Assembly (NCBI GenBank): GCA_039794005.1 | Contig: JBAMMA010000017.1 | Location: 28,737-92,736, forward strand | DNA length: 64,000 nt | DNA from: Thermoplasmata archaeon | GTDB taxonomy: Archaea; Thermoplasmatota; Thermoplasmata; Thermoplasmatales; ARK-15 | Direction: 5' to 3' | Shown here: positions 53,274 through 64,000 of the stretch, piece by piece | Layout: the number at the start of each line of letters is the position of its first letter | How positions within the stretch are numbered: the stretch's first letter is position 1 | Notes under the pieces: model-generated | What the model was told of the DNA's origin: nothing | What the model saw: the letters and a program-made list of their open reading frames with translations, nothing else | Databases searched by the model: none | Made by a program: the position numbers and the translations under genes

Positions 53274-53319
53274 GTTGGTAAAAAAATTGGTAAGTATATT
53301 TTACCAATTTATTACCAGC
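53274..53319. promoter_or_regulatory. inverted repeat of tandem TTGGTAA boxes upstream of nrdJ, putative operator
   Basis: TTGGTAA at 53275 and 53287, TTACCAA at 53301, TTACCAG at 53312; perfect core AAATTGGTAA-N7-TTACCAATTT. Confidence 0.6.
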
Positions 53320-53390
53320 TTATTAAAAAAATTTCTTTTAATAATAAGAATTGATACATTATGTTACCAACAAAATTAGAGGTGAATTTA

Positions 53391-55706
53391 ATGATTGAAA
53401 ATGTAATTAAAAGGGATGGGAGTATTGTTCCCTATGACAGAAAGAAGATTGTTAATGCAATTTACAGGGCAATGAAGGCGGTTAATATTGAGGATTATAA
53501 AGCAGCTGAAAAATTAGCAGAAAATGTGGAGAACAGGATTATAAGTTCTGGTTTAAAAACGCCTAAGGTAGAGGAAATTCAAGATATAGTTGAAGAAGTT
53601 TTAATGATTAGTGGATATACCCAAGTTGCAAAGGCATATATTATTTATAGAGAAAAAAGGAGGAGGATCAGGGAATTAAAAAAGGCCATGGGAGTTAAAG
53701 ATGATTTAAAAATGTCATTGAATGCTATAAAGGTTTTAGAATCTAGGTATTTGTTAAAAAATGAAAAAGGGGAAATAATAGAAACTCCAAAACAATTATT
53801 CGAAAGGGTATCAAGATACATTGCACTTGTCGATGTGCTCTATTTCCCAGAAATATATGATATTGAAGGTAAACAGCCTAAGAGAGAAATTAAAGAAGTT
53901 GAGAACCACAACTTAAGTTATTGGGAATACGACATGTTGAAAAGAGCATATAAAATATTTTCTGAAGAAGGTAAGATGAAAGTAACATTCGATGAATTAA
54001 TTTCATTTTTAAACAACCATGAAAAAGAGATATATGAAACACAAATGGAATTTTATACCCAGCTTTCAACGCTAAAATTTCTTCCAAATTCACCAACCTT
54101 GATGAATGCAAATACTGAAATAGGCCAATTGTCTGCATGTTTTGTAATACCTGTTGAAGATTCTATGGACAAGATATTTGATGCTGTTAAATATGCAGCA
54201 TTAATTCACAAATCTGGTGGAGGGACTGGATTTTCATTTTCAAAATTAAGGCCAAAAGGAGACATTGTTGGATCAACCAAAGGTGTTGCCTCTGGGCCAC
54301 TAAGTTTCATGAGAGTATTTGATGTTGCCACGGATGTTGTTAAGCAGGGAGGAAAGAGAAGAGGAGCAAACATGGGTATTTTAAGAGTTGATCATCCAGA
54401 CATATTTGAATTTATTACAAGCAAAGATTCCGAAAACAAGATATTAACGAATTTCAATATAAGTGTAGCTGTAACAGATGAATTCATGAATGCATTGAAA
54501 AACAATTCAACTTATCCTTTAATAAATCCAAGGACTGGAGAGATTGTTAAATATGTAGAGGCCAGAAAAGTGTGGGATTTGTTGGTAGAGCACGCCTGGG
54601 CTACTGGAGATCCTGGAATAATATTCATAGACGAAATAAACAGGAAGAATCCAACGCCACAATTAGGGCAGATAGAATCAACAAATCCATGTGGAGAGCA
54701 GCCACTTTTACCATATGAATCATGCAATTTAGGTTCCATAAATTTAAGCAAATTTGTGAAGGAGAATGGTGAAATAGATTGGTCAGATCTTGAAAAAACA
54801 ATTAAAATTTCAGTTCACTTTTTGGATAATGTTATAGATGCCAACAAATTTCCATTAAAACAAATTGAAGAAATGACAAGAAAAACAAGAAAAATAGGCC
54901 TCGGTGTTATGGGATTTGCTGAAATGCTCATAAAGATGGGAATACCATATAATAGCGATGAGGCTTTAAAAATAGCAGAGGATGTAATGAAATTCATAAA
55001 TGATGTGAGCCATAAAACAAGCATGGAGTTAGCAGAGAAAAGAGGAGTATTTCCAGCATGGAAGGGTTCTGTATGGGAGAGGATGGGAATTAGAATAAGA
55101 AATGCAACTACAACCACCATAGCACCAACTGGAACAATATCTATAATTGCCGATACCAGTTCCTCAATTGAACCACTCTTTGCCATAGCATTTATAAGAA
55201 ATGTATTAGATGGACAAAAACTACTTGAGATAAATCCTTTATTTGAGGAATATGCCAGAAAGCACGGATTTTATTCCGAAAGCCTCATGATGGAAGTTGC
55301 AAAGACGGGATCATTACAACATTTAGATGTTCCAGAGGATGCAAAAAGGATATTTGTTACATCTCATGACATTGATCCAGAGTGGCATGTTTTAATGCAA
55401 GCTGCATTTCAAAAATACACTGATAATGCAGTCTCTAAGACAATAAACATGAGGAATGAAGCTACTATGGAGGATGTTGAAAAGGCATATCTGTTAGCAT
55501 ATGAATTAAAATGCAAGGGTATAACTGTATATAGAGATGGAAGTAAATCGGAACAAGTGCTTATAAAGGGAACGGAAAAGAAGAAGGAGGAAAAACAGAA
55601 GTCAGAAGGATTTGATTTAACATTTAAGACAAAGGTTGAGGAAAAGTATTTGCATGTAGAAAGCACATTTGACGCAGCCTGTCCAACTGGAAAATGTGAC
55701 CATTAA
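53391..55706 (+). CDS. nrdJ: class II (AdoCbl-dependent) ribonucleotide reductase with ATP-cone
   Basis: VIKRDG ATP-cone, [42 protein letters not shown]-terminal CPTGKC; ATG after GAGGTGA; no intein. Confidence 0.95.
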   Translation: MIENVIKRDGSIVPYDRKKIVNAIYRAMKAVNIEDYKAAEKLAENVENRIISSGLKTPKVEEIQDIVEEVLMISGYTQVAKAYIIYREKRRRIRELKKAMGVKDDLKMSLNAIKVLESRYLLKNEKGEIIETPKQLFERVSRYIALVDVLYFPEIYDIEGKQPKREIKEVENHNLSYWEYDMLKRAYKIFSEEGKMKVTFDELISFLNNHEKEIYETQMEFYTQLSTLKFLPNSPTLMNANTEIGQLSACFVIPVEDSMDKIFDAVKYAALIHKSGGGTGFSFSKLRPKGDIVGSTKGVASGPLSFMRVFDVATDVVKQGGKRRGANMGILRVDHPDIFEFITSKDSENKILTNFNISVAVTDEFMNALKNNSTYPLINPRTGEIVKYVEARKVWDLLVEHAWATGDPGIIFIDEINRKNPTPQLGQIESTNPCGEQPLLPYESCNLGSINLSKFVKENGEIDWSDLEKTIKISVHFLDNVIDANKFPLKQIEEMTRKTRKIGLGVMGFAEMLIKMGIPYNSDEALKIAEDVMKFINDVSHKTSMELAEKRGVFPAWKGSVWERMGIRIRNATTTTIAPTGTISIIADTSSSIEPLFAIAFIRNVLDGQKLLEINPLFEEYARKHGFYSESLMMEVAKTGSLQHLDVPEDAKRIFVTSHDIDPEWHVLMQAAFQKYTDNAVSKTINMRNEATMEDVEKAYLLAYELKCKGITVYRDGSKSEQVLIKGTEKKKEEKQKSEGFDLTFKTKVEEKYLHVESTFDAACPTGKCDH

Positions 55707-55708
55707 AT

Positions 55709-56368
55709 ATGAAACTCTTTATAATTAATATTAACATGGCAGGTTTAGGCCTGCCAGCAAAGTATTTTTATATTCACGATAAAGTTTTGTTTGTCAATAG
55801 GATTTTGAAATATGATGAACATAGAATTGCATATATAGCAGAATTGAAAAGGAATGATTTTGTAGAGATTGATGAAGTAAAAAGAAAAAAACAGGAAATA
55901 ATGGAAAAATACAATATAGAGGATTTTGATATAATTGATGCAAATGAAAAGCTTGGAATTTATACAATATTAATAATTCAAAAAATGCCAGATATTTTTT
56001 CAAAAATATATGTTTTAATGGATTATTCCTCATTTATAACAACTCCAATGATAATAAAAAAGGACAAAATTACATTAGGCCTTATATCAAAGGAAGAAGT
56101 TGCAAATAAAATTTCTTTACTCTTGGATGAATTCAACATTGAATATGAAATAATAAGAAAAATCAATATAGAAAAGGATTCTAAATTTACCACCAGGCAA
56201 ATGGAGATCATAATTGAGGCAATAAAGAGGGGATATTACGATACACCTAGGAAAATAAATTTAATAGATCTTGCAAAGGAATTTTCTGTTTCTACCACAG
56301 TCATTGAAAGAATTCTAAGAAAGGCTGAATCGGTAGCAATTTATGAATTGTTTAAAGCTTATCTTTAA
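55709..56368 (+). CDS. HTH_10 (Bat/bacterio-opsin activator-type) transcriptional regulator
   Basis: C-terminal FTTRQMEII..AIKRGYYDTPRKINLIDLAKEF..S....ILRKAE; starts 2 nt after nrdJ stop. Confidence 0.85.
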   Translation: MKLFIININMAGLGLPAKYFYIHDKVLFVNRILKYDEHRIAYIAELKRNDFVEIDEVKRKKQEIMEKYNIEDFDIIDANEKLGIYTILIIQKMPDIFSKIYVLMDYSSFITTPMIIKKDKITLGLISKEEVANKISLLLDEFNIEYEIIRKINIEKDSKFTTRQMEIIIEAIKRGYYDTPRKINLIDLAKEFSVSTTVIERILRKAESVAIYELFKAYL

Positions 56369-56820
56369 TCTCAATTAACAAACTCTTCAAATATTTTTTC
56401 TCATCTTCTATACTTTTTAATCCTATTAATATGCTTACCAATGCACCTGCAATATTCAACAATAATATGATGTGTCCAAAATTACCTACAGTTGTAAAGA
56501 ATATGATTACTGATAATATAATACCAAAAACATTGCCAATCATTGTATATAAAAAATAAAGCATAGTGAATACTCCAGAATTTATTCTCCTCCTTACGTT
56601 TATTACATCTTGATAAACTTCTATCTTTTCATATATTTCCTTTAATTTTTCCATATCACATGTCTTCAATTTTATTAATTCCTTTAACTCTGTATCCAAT
56701 GTATATATCTTTTCAGCTATTTCCTCCTCTTCTGGCAAATTTTCTATTCCAATCAATTTTTCAAGTAACTTCTTTAAAATTCCATATGGATTTTTCGTGA
56801 TTAATGTATTCCAATTTCAT
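56352..56820 (-). pseudogene. small 2-TM hypothetical protein with probable 1-nt frameshift right after ATG 56820
   Basis: Frame of ORF 56352-56756 is open upstream to NWNTLITKNPYG; ATG 56820 is one base out of frame (ATGAAATTGG vs ATGAATTGG). Confidence 0.45.
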
Positions 56821-56885
56821 TATTTATAATATTCTATTTTTTAAATTTAGATACATTTTTAATTTACAATTGTTATGGATAAATT

Positions 56886-58739
56886 GTGAGAAATTTTCCA
56901 TATAAATTCAGACCATATCAAAGAGAAATGGTAAGAAGTGTTGAAGATGCTTTAAAAAATGGAAAACATATAATAATGGAAGCTCCAACCGGAATAGGAA
57001 AAACTATTGCAGTTCTCGCACCTTCCATAGAATTTGCTCTTGACAACGATATGAGAGTTCTATATTTGACTAGAACAAATTCACAACAAGAACAAGTGAT
57101 AAAAGAGGCAAAACAACTTCAAAAATATTATAAGTTCAAGACTGTTCCAGTGATGGGCAGAAAAACATATTGCTTGTATTTAAAAGAAACAAAGATCATT
57201 GACATTACAAATGAAGAATTAACCGAAATGTGCAATAAACTAAAAAAAGGAAATGAAAAATCTGGAATCTGTAGATATTTCTTAAATTTTCAAAATTATG
57301 AGTATGATATAATGAAAAGGTTTGATTCACCTGTAACATTTGATGAATTGATAGATATATCTAAAGAGTATGATGCCTGCCCCTATGAAGTAATGAAATC
57401 ACTCTCTTCCCAATCACATTTAATCATAATGCCATATATTTATTACTTCAATGATTTTATAAATGAAATTGTTGTTGGATGGACAAATATTGATTTATCA
57501 AAAACAATAATAATAATTGATGAGGCACACAATTTGCCAGATTTTGCAAGGGAATTGAGATCAGAAAGATTAACAATGAAAACAATCACAATGGCAGAAA
57601 GGGAAATAAAATCCCATGGGTCTGATTCAATAAATAATTTAAATTTAATTGATTTCATGGCCTATCTTAGGGAAGTGCTAAATGATTTAACGAAAGACGT
57701 TTCTGAGGATAAAAGGCTTGATAAAAATGAATTCCTGGGAGTTATTGAAAAATATTTGCATGATATGGATATTTTCGATGTAATTCACCTCATGGATAGA
57801 TATGCTGAAGAATTAAAATTGTTAAAATTGGCAAATGGAGAGATTCCTAGATCATACGTTGGTAGAATTGGCAAATTTTTAGAAAAAATGTTGATGGAAG
57901 ATAAAAAAGATATTTTTTATATTGTTGGTAAAGAGATAGGTTCATATATTGAAATTTTTGCAGTAGATCCAAGGCCTGTCACAAGTAAAATAGAAAAGGC
58001 ATATTCATCAATACATATCTCTGGTACTTTGAATCCAATTAATGACTATGTCTCTACTGTATTTACGTCAGTAAAACCGGTGGAAAAGCAGTTTCCATCA
58101 CCATTCCCAAGTGAAAACTTAAAGGTCTATTATGTAAAGGACGTTACTACGAAATATGAAGAGATTTTAGTAAATGAAAAACTTTTGGAAAAAATGGCTG
58201 ATTACATATCTAAAATAATTGATTTAAAACATAACACATTGGTGTTATTTCCATCATATAGGATAATGGATAAAATCATGGAATTTGACATGCAATATTC
58301 AGGATATTTTTATAGGGAAAAACAAAACATGAGTCAAACGGAATTCAATGATATGATAACAAAATTTAGAAGATATGGAGGTACAATATTTGCATCATTT
58401 GGAGGAAGAATTTCTGAGGGTATGGATTTTCCTAATGGGCAAATAGAGATTACTGTTATTGCAGGAATACCTTATCCAAAGCCAACAGAGAGAATGAAAA
58501 TAATGGAAGAATATTATGAAAGGGAATTTGACAAAAATAAGGTTTTCGATATACTTTATAAATCACCAGCAATTAGAAAAATGAGACAGGCATTAGGAAG
58601 AATGATAAGATCTGAAAAGGATAGGGGTATTGGATATATATTGGACAAAAGAGCGAAAATGTTTTCTAATTATATAAAAATGTCAGAATCTAAAAACATC
58701 GAAGACGAGGTTAAAAATTTTTTTGAGGTAAAAATTTAA
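56886..58739 (+). CDS. xpd: XPD/Rad3 Fe-S DNA helicase
   Basis: RPYQ, EAPTGIGKT, four Fe-S Cys (YCL, MCN, ICR, ACPY), DEAHN, SEGMDF, QALGRMIR. Confidence 0.93.
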   Translation: MRNFPYKFRPYQREMVRSVEDALKNGKHIIMEAPTGIGKTIAVLAPSIEFALDNDMRVLYLTRTNSQQEQVIKEAKQLQKYYKFKTVPVMGRKTYCLYLKETKIIDITNEELTEMCNKLKKGNEKSGICRYFLNFQNYEYDIMKRFDSPVTFDELIDISKEYDACPYEVMKSLSSQSHLIIMPYIYYFNDFINEIVVGWTNIDLSKTIIIIDEAHNLPDFARELRSERLTMKTITMAEREIKSHGSDSINNLNLIDFMAYLREVLNDLTKDVSEDKRLDKNEFLGVIEKYLHDMDIFDVIHLMDRYAEELKLLKLANGEIPRSYVGRIGKFLEKMLMEDKKDIFYIVGKEIGSYIEIFAVDPRPVTSKIEKAYSSIHISGTLNPINDYVSTVFTSVKPVEKQFPSPFPSENLKVYYVKDVTTKYEEILVNEKLLEKMADYISKIIDLKHNTLVLFPSYRIMDKIMEFDMQYSGYFYREKQNMSQTEFNDMITKFRRYGGTIFASFGGRISEGMDFPNGQIEITVIAGIPYPKPTERMKIMEEYYEREFDKNKVFDILYKSPAIRKMRQALGRMIRSEKDRGIGYILDKRAKMFSNYIKMSESKNIEDEVKNFFEVKI

Positions 58740-58762
58740 AATATATTTGCAATTGTATTTTT

Positions 58763-60400
58763 ATGGTTGTTGTCAAAATAGAAAAAAGTAGAATAAAGGA
58801 ATTAACAAATCTTGATGACATTTCAGATATTATTGAAATTTTGGGAGGAGATATAAAGAGGGAAGATGAAGATTCATGGGATTTAGAATTTTACCCTGAT
58901 AGACCAGATTTATATTCCTTGCCTGGATTGGTTTTAAACATAAAACAGATATTATATTCAGAACCAATAATAAGAAAGATTGAGAGTGGGAATATAAAAA
59001 TAATGGTGAACGAAGAAGTTTTGAATGTTAGGCCATATATAGGTGGGGCTGTGATAAGGGATGTAAAAATTGATGATAAAGCCATAAAGGAAATCATGGA
59101 TATGCAGGAAAAATATCATTCTTCCTTAGGGCGAGAGAGGGAGAGAATAGCAATTGGTATTCATGATCTCGACAATGTGGAACCACCATTTTATTATAAG
59201 GCTGTTTATCCTGACGAGATTAAATTTATTCCACTTGGAATGGATAAAGAATTGGATTTAAAAGGTATATTGGAAATGCACGAAAAGGGTATAAAATATT
59301 CATATATATTGAGAAATAAGGAAAAATATCCAATCATACTGGATTCAAAAAATAGAGTTTTATCTTTTCCACCGATAATAAATGGTAAATTGACTGAATT
59401 GACAGAAAAAACGAAAAACATTTTTATTGATGTAACAGGGACCGATCTCTTTACCGTGGTTAATGCTATAAATATTATTTCATATATAATTCCGGAATAT
59501 GGAGGATATGTGGAGAGTGTGGAAATAATTCATCCAAAGTATAATACAATAATGCCAAATTTTGATAGGGAAAAATTTGAGGTTGAAAATCAATATATAA
59601 AAAATATACTTGGAGACATAAAAAATGAAGATATAGAAAAAGGACTAAAAAAGATGGGTTATCTATATTCTATTGATGGTAATAATTATAATATTTTCAT
59701 TCCTCCTTATAGGATTGATATCATGCATAAAATAGATATTGTAGAGGACATAGCAAAGATTTATGGATATAATAGAATAAATAGAAAAATACCGGAAGTA
59801 TATTCAATTGGTAAAGAAAATAGAGTTGAAATTTATAAAAATAAAATGAGGATGATAATGGTAGGGCTTGGTTTTATTGAAACTAAGAATTTGACACTTA
59901 CATCGATAGATAAAAATTTTACAAAATTTGGTTTAAAACCTGAAAATTACATGAAAATAATAAATCCTGTTTCAGAGGAACAAAGCATAGTTAGAACATG
60001 GCTTTTGCCTGGTATTATGGAAATTTTGGAATATAACAAAAGAAGACCAGTTCCACAAAAAGTATTTGAAATAGGTGAAATATATAATATGGAAGAGAGC
60101 GTCAATTTGGCTGGAGCAATAATATCATCAAATGCTTCTTTCACAGAAATTAAAGGAATAGTAAGTAAAATAATGGAATCAATTAATGTAAAATGGGAAG
60201 TCGAAGAATCCTACCTCCCATTTTTTATAGATGGAAGACAGGCCTGGATAAATGTAGATGGAAAAAATAGCGGATTTTTTGGTGAAATGCATCCAAAAAT
60301 TATAGAAAATTTTGGTCTGGGGAACCCCATAGTGGCATTTGAATTGGATCTTAAATACATTTTCAAGGATATATTTGCAGACAGAATTGAAGAAATATGA
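58763..60400 (+). CDS. pheT: phenylalanyl-tRNA synthetase beta subunit (archaeal)
   Basis: PDRPDL, AIGIHDL, SFPPIING, PPYRIDIMH..DIVED, FEIGE, GEMHP. Confidence 0.95.
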   Translation: MVVVKIEKSRIKELTNLDDISDIIEILGGDIKREDEDSWDLEFYPDRPDLYSLPGLVLNIKQILYSEPIIRKIESGNIKIMVNEEVLNVRPYIGGAVIRDVKIDDKAIKEIMDMQEKYHSSLGRERERIAIGIHDLDNVEPPFYYKAVYPDEIKFIPLGMDKELDLKGILEMHEKGIKYSYILRNKEKYPIILDSKNRVLSFPPIINGKLTELTEKTKNIFIDVTGTDLFTVVNAINIISYIIPEYGGYVESVEIIHPKYNTIMPNFDREKFEVENQYIKNILGDIKNEDIEKGLKKMGYLYSIDGNNYNIFIPPYRIDIMHKIDIVEDIAKIYGYNRINRKIPEVYSIGKENRVEIYKNKMRMIMVGLGFIETKNLTLTSIDKNFTKFGLKPENYMKIINPVSEEQSIVRTWLLPGIMEILEYNKRRPVPQKVFEIGEIYNMEESVNLAGAIISSNASFTEIKGIVSKIMESINVKWEVEESYLPFFIDGRQAWINVDGKNSGFFGEMHPKIIENFGLGNPIVAFELDLKYIFKDIFADRIEEI

Positions 60401-60470
60401 TGATTTTTAATTCCTTCTAATTTCGATGGAATTAAATCCAACCATTTATTTTTTTATAATTGGTGATAAT

Positions 60471-61487
60471 ATGGATATTGAAAATCTCATTAAAGAGATG
60501 GTCTATGAATTCGGGGTAAGTGGATATGAAGATCCAATAAAAGAAAAGATCGTATATTATCTAAAAAAATATGGCCAACCAAGGATAGATAAAATTGGAA
60601 ACGTATATTTTACATTTGGAGGTAATGAAAAACACATTGCATTTATAGCACATATGGATGAGATTGGGGTTATAGTTACACATATTGACAAATCGGGTAT
60701 GCTAAGGATTAAGAGGGTAGGCGGTGTTGATTCCAGAATGCTATATGGCCAATATCTTGAATTCCTTGGCAGGGACGGAAAGTTTAGATATGGAGTAATT
60801 GGATTAAAACCACCGCATGTCTCAAAGGAAGATGAATTAAACAAATGTTTCTCTGGGGAAGAATTGTATGTTGATGTTGGAGCAAGGTCAAGAGAAGAGG
60901 CTGAAGGACTTGGATTCAATGTTCTAGATCCTGGAAGATGGATGAAAAATTTCATAAAATTAAACAATAGATATATTGTTACAAGAGGTTTGGATGATAG
61001 AGCTGGTGTTGCAATACTTTTGGAATTTTTAGATAGATCCATTAAAAAGGATTTGAAAAACAAAATTACGCTTATATTCACAGTTCAGGAGGAGACAGGT
61101 CTAAGAGGAGCTAGAGGAATAGAGGACCTGAATTATGATGAAATTTATGTCATAGATAGTGTGACATCTGCCGATATGCCAAATGTTGATTATGCCTTGT
61201 CCCCGGTTTCACTTGGAAAAGGTCCTGTGTTTAGATTTTTTGATGCAAGGGGCGCGAATTCATTATCTTTGGTTAAAAAATTGAGGGAAATAGCAGAAAG
61301 AAATGGCATAAAATATCAGGAAGTTGTAACTGGAGGATCTACAGATGCTGCCGGTACCTTTGAGAGGGGGATACCTAGTTTAGCCATAAGTTTTCCAATA
61401 AAATATACCCATTCAACAGTTGAAATGCTGGATTTGAACGATATAGAAAATGAAATAAAATTGATGGAAAAGATTTCAGAATATTAA
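60471..61487 (+). CDS. M42 family aminopeptidase
   Basis: GVSGYE, AHMDEIG, LDDRAG, QEETGLRGA, GGSTDA, YTHS. Confidence 0.92.
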   Translation: MDIENLIKEMVYEFGVSGYEDPIKEKIVYYLKKYGQPRIDKIGNVYFTFGGNEKHIAFIAHMDEIGVIVTHIDKSGMLRIKRVGGVDSRMLYGQYLEFLGRDGKFRYGVIGLKPPHVSKEDELNKCFSGEELYVDVGARSREEAEGLGFNVLDPGRWMKNFIKLNNRYIVTRGLDDRAGVAILLEFLDRSIKKDLKNKITLIFTVQEETGLRGARGIEDLNYDEIYVIDSVTSADMPNVDYALSPVSLGKGPVFRFFDARGANSLSLVKKLREIAERNGIKYQEVVTGGSTDAAGTFERGIPSLAISFPIKYTHSTVEMLDLNDIENEIKLMEKISEY

Positions 61488-61488
61488 A

Positions 61489-62697
61489 TTATTTTTTTAT
61501 CTCTTCTTTTATGACTTTTCCCAGCCTTGAAATTCCTGTGATGATGTCCTCATCCTTTGAATATGTGAAATTTAGCCTCATTGAATTCCTTCCTCTTCCA
61601 TCAGGGTAAAAGGCTGTACCAACCACATATGCAACTTTGTTTTCTAAAGCTTTCTTTAGCAGCTTTTCAGTATCTATATCATAATCCACGGTTACCCATA
61701 AGAACATGCCTCCATCCGGTCTTGTCCATGTTACACCTTCCGGCATATTTTCTTCTAGAGATTTAAGCATCAAATCCCTCTTTTTCCTGTAAAGTTCAAC
61801 TATCTTTGGAATTTGTTTGTCAATCATGCCATTTTTCAAATACTCTAGTGCAATATACTGGCTAAAGACATTTGTGCATAAGTCCACACCTTGTTTGAGA
61901 AGGGCTATCTTTCTTATTATCGCATCATTTGCTGTTACCCAACCTAGCCTTATACCTGGAGATAAAACTTTGCTGAAAGTTCCCATATATATTACACGCT
62001 CTTCATCATCAAAATATTTTATTGGCTTTACGTGATTTCCTGAAAATCTTATTTCACTGTATGGATCATCCTCAAATATTATGAGATCATATTTTGAAGC
62101 AATTTCAAGGAGATGTTTTCTCTTTTCTTCAGACCATGTCAAACCGGCTGGATTCTGAAATGTTGGTATTACATATACAAATTTTGGAATCTTTTTTTCT
62201 TCAATCGCCCTTTTAACTTTGGATTCTAGTTCATTTAAATCCATTCCATCATCCTTCAGTTCTACTGTGATCCATGATGGCGCCTGTGCGTTAAAGGCGG
62301 ATATTGCACCAACATATGTTGGTGCTTCACTTACAACATAGTCCCCTCTGTTCAAAAATACCTTAGATACCATGTATAGACCAGATTGACTTCCATTTAA
62401 TGTTATAATATTTGCTGGATTTATGTTTATTGAAAATTTATCCTTCATTCTCTTTGCAATCTGTTCCCTTAATTCTGATAATCCTTCTGTTGTACCGTAT
62501 TGCAAAGCTTTTGTTCCATAGTTATCCAAAATGTTATTTATAATCTCCTTAATATTATCTATGGGAAAGGAGATGGGATTTGGCATTCCTCCACCAAAAG
62601 ATATTACATCGGGTTGTTCTGCATATTTTAATAATTCCCTTACAGCAGATCCTTTTAATGTTTTTGATATATCAGAGAATTTTGAATCTAAATCCAT
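61489..62697 (-). CDS. PLP-dependent aminotransferase, class I/II
   Basis: ISFGGGMP, PTFQNPAG, EDDPY, GTFSKVLSPGIRLGW, MRLNF. Confidence 0.92.
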   Translation of the reverse strand: MDLDSKFSDISKTLKGSAVRELLKYAEQPDVISFGGGMPNPISFPIDNIKEIINNILDNYGTKALQYGTTEGLSELREQIAKRMKDKFSININPANIITLNGSQSGLYMVSKVFLNRGDYVVSEAPTYVGAISAFNAQAPSWITVELKDDGMDLNELESKVKRAIEEKKIPKFVYVIPTFQNPAGLTWSEEKRKHLLEIASKYDLIIFEDDPYSEIRFSGNHVKPIKYFDDEERVIYMGTFSKVLSPGIRLGWVTANDAIIRKIALLKQGVDLCTNVFSQYIALEYLKNGMIDKQIPKIVELYRKKRDLMLKSLEENMPEGVTWTRPDGGMFLWVTVDYDIDTEKLLKKALENKVAYVVGTAFYPDGRGRNSMRLNFTYSKDEDIITGISRLGKVIKEEIKK

Positions 62698-62782
62698 AAA
62701 ACTCACCAATCCCTATAATGTTTTAAAAGATATTAACCTTTGTAAAATAATTTATTATCTTCTTTGAATATTAATTAAAAAA

Positions 62783-64000
62783 TTAAGGGGGATTTACAAG
62801 GTGACATGCAACGAGATGTTCATTTCCAATGTCCTTTAATTTAGGTTCAATGGGGTTGTGCATCTTTATTTTCATTATATTATTTTCTACTGATATTTCT
62901 TTTATTCCAAACAGTGCCCTGGTTTCTTCCTTCTCCTTCTGTATTATTGATTCAACTGTTCCACGGTCTACAGAATTGTTAAAAGTTATTTCCATGTTTA
63001 GGTCATCAATTATGTTTATCTCCTGTATTTCTAAATTACCCAATTCCGGATTTCTCCTATTGTCTAACACAAACCTCAAAGGTTCAACCAATTCGTATGT
63101 TGTAAATCCACATGGTTCAAATGCATGTTTACACCTGGGATGGAAGAAACAACCTTTTGAAGGGTTTATAGGACTAGGAACGTCACCTTCTAGAAATATC
63201 CTATTTACCTTTACCCTTGGATCCGGTATGGGAACGGATGATAACAAAGCCTGAGTATATGGATGCTTTGGTTCTTTGAATATATCTTCCTTTTTTGCGC
63301 TTTCAACTATTTTAACCAAATACATGACCATAATTCTATCAGAAATATGTTTTACTACAAGTATGTGGTGGGTAATAAAAAGCATCGTAAGATTAAATTC
63401 CTTTCTCAAATCTTCTAGGAGGTTTAAAACCTGAGCCTGAACTGAAACGTCAAGTGCAGATGTCGGTTCATCAAGCACTATGAATTCAGGATTTAGTGCT
63501 AATGCCCTTGCTATTGCTACCCTCTGCCTTTGGCCACCAGACAACTCATGCGGGAATCTATACATGAATTCCTGTGGAAGGCCTACCTTTTCCAAAAGTT
63601 CTTGAACCCTACTGTATGCATCCTTTTTATTCCATCCAAATGAAAATAAAGGTTCTGCAACTATATCCTTTATTAACATTCTTGGGTCCAAGGATGAATA
63701 TGGACCTCCTGGAACAACTTCAACAACATTTATTACACCTGGTGAGGGTATGTTTCCAGTACCCTTCAAAATTCCGGCTTTCTGACCAACTGAAGCTACA
63801 TATACTGTCATTAGCTCCGTTACTACCATGTGTTCTCCAGCAATAACATCTTTATAATATGTTGATGGAAGATATTCTGTGCTCGTTTGATTGGTTATTA
63901 CCAAATATTTAGCGAATGGTGCTTGATTATACGTAATAATTGTGAAATTTATTACATAAAAGCCCGGATTCTTATAAGTATGCATAATCAGATTTGGATT
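62783..64000 (-). pseudogene. chimeric ORF: PKD/solute-binding-protein fragment fused to the C-terminal part of an OppF/DppF ABC ATPase
   Basis: HTYKNPGFY.INFTI (PKD-like) ... VVEVVPGGPYS|SLDPRM ... LSGGQRQR, LDEPT, HPYT; no Walker A; frame open past the window end. Confidence 0.75.

Noticed and set aside
53391-55706. Possible intein in nrdJ (also checked infB)
   Set aside because: The ~60-aa extra segment has no C...HN splice motifs; protein lengths are normal
1-64000. CRISPR array, rRNA, IS or prophage
   Set aside because: No regularly spaced direct repeats, no long GC-rich RNA gene, and no transposase, integrase or capsid motifs seen

Overview
AT-rich (by eye roughly 30% GC), gene-dense archaeal chromosome segment, almost certainly from a Thermoplasmata lineage (HTa-type HU, GatDE, alpha-thermosome, aIF5A/aIF5B, eS1, split LplB/LplA, Thermoplasma-type TrxR, thermopsin-like surface repeats). 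It is mostly housekeeping: about 50 CDS and 4 tRNAs (Met-CAT with a BHB intron, Ser-CGA, His-GTG, Ser-TGA). I see no CRISPR, rRNA or intact mobile element. Most notable: (1) a Zn-ribbon + PUA + PP-loop PAPS-reductase/DndC-like + 2[4Fe-4S] protein (48977-50713) with no DNA-phosphorothioation or sulfate-assimilation partners nearby, a candidate RNA sulfur-insertion (phosphorothioate) writer; (2) a translationally coupled tes-ferredoxin-GGR tetraether lipid operon, whose ferredoxin is missing from the ORF track; (3) a multi-copy TTGGTAA/TTACCAA inverted repeat upstream of class II RNR, which is followed by an HTH_10 regulator; (4) a perfect 16-bp palindrome at a DUF5320-like promoter facing a small wHTH gene; (5) a chimeric SBP/OppF ORF joined at a PYS-DP microhomology; (6) several single-lesion genes, including a hidden alpha/beta hydrolase with one in-frame TGA.
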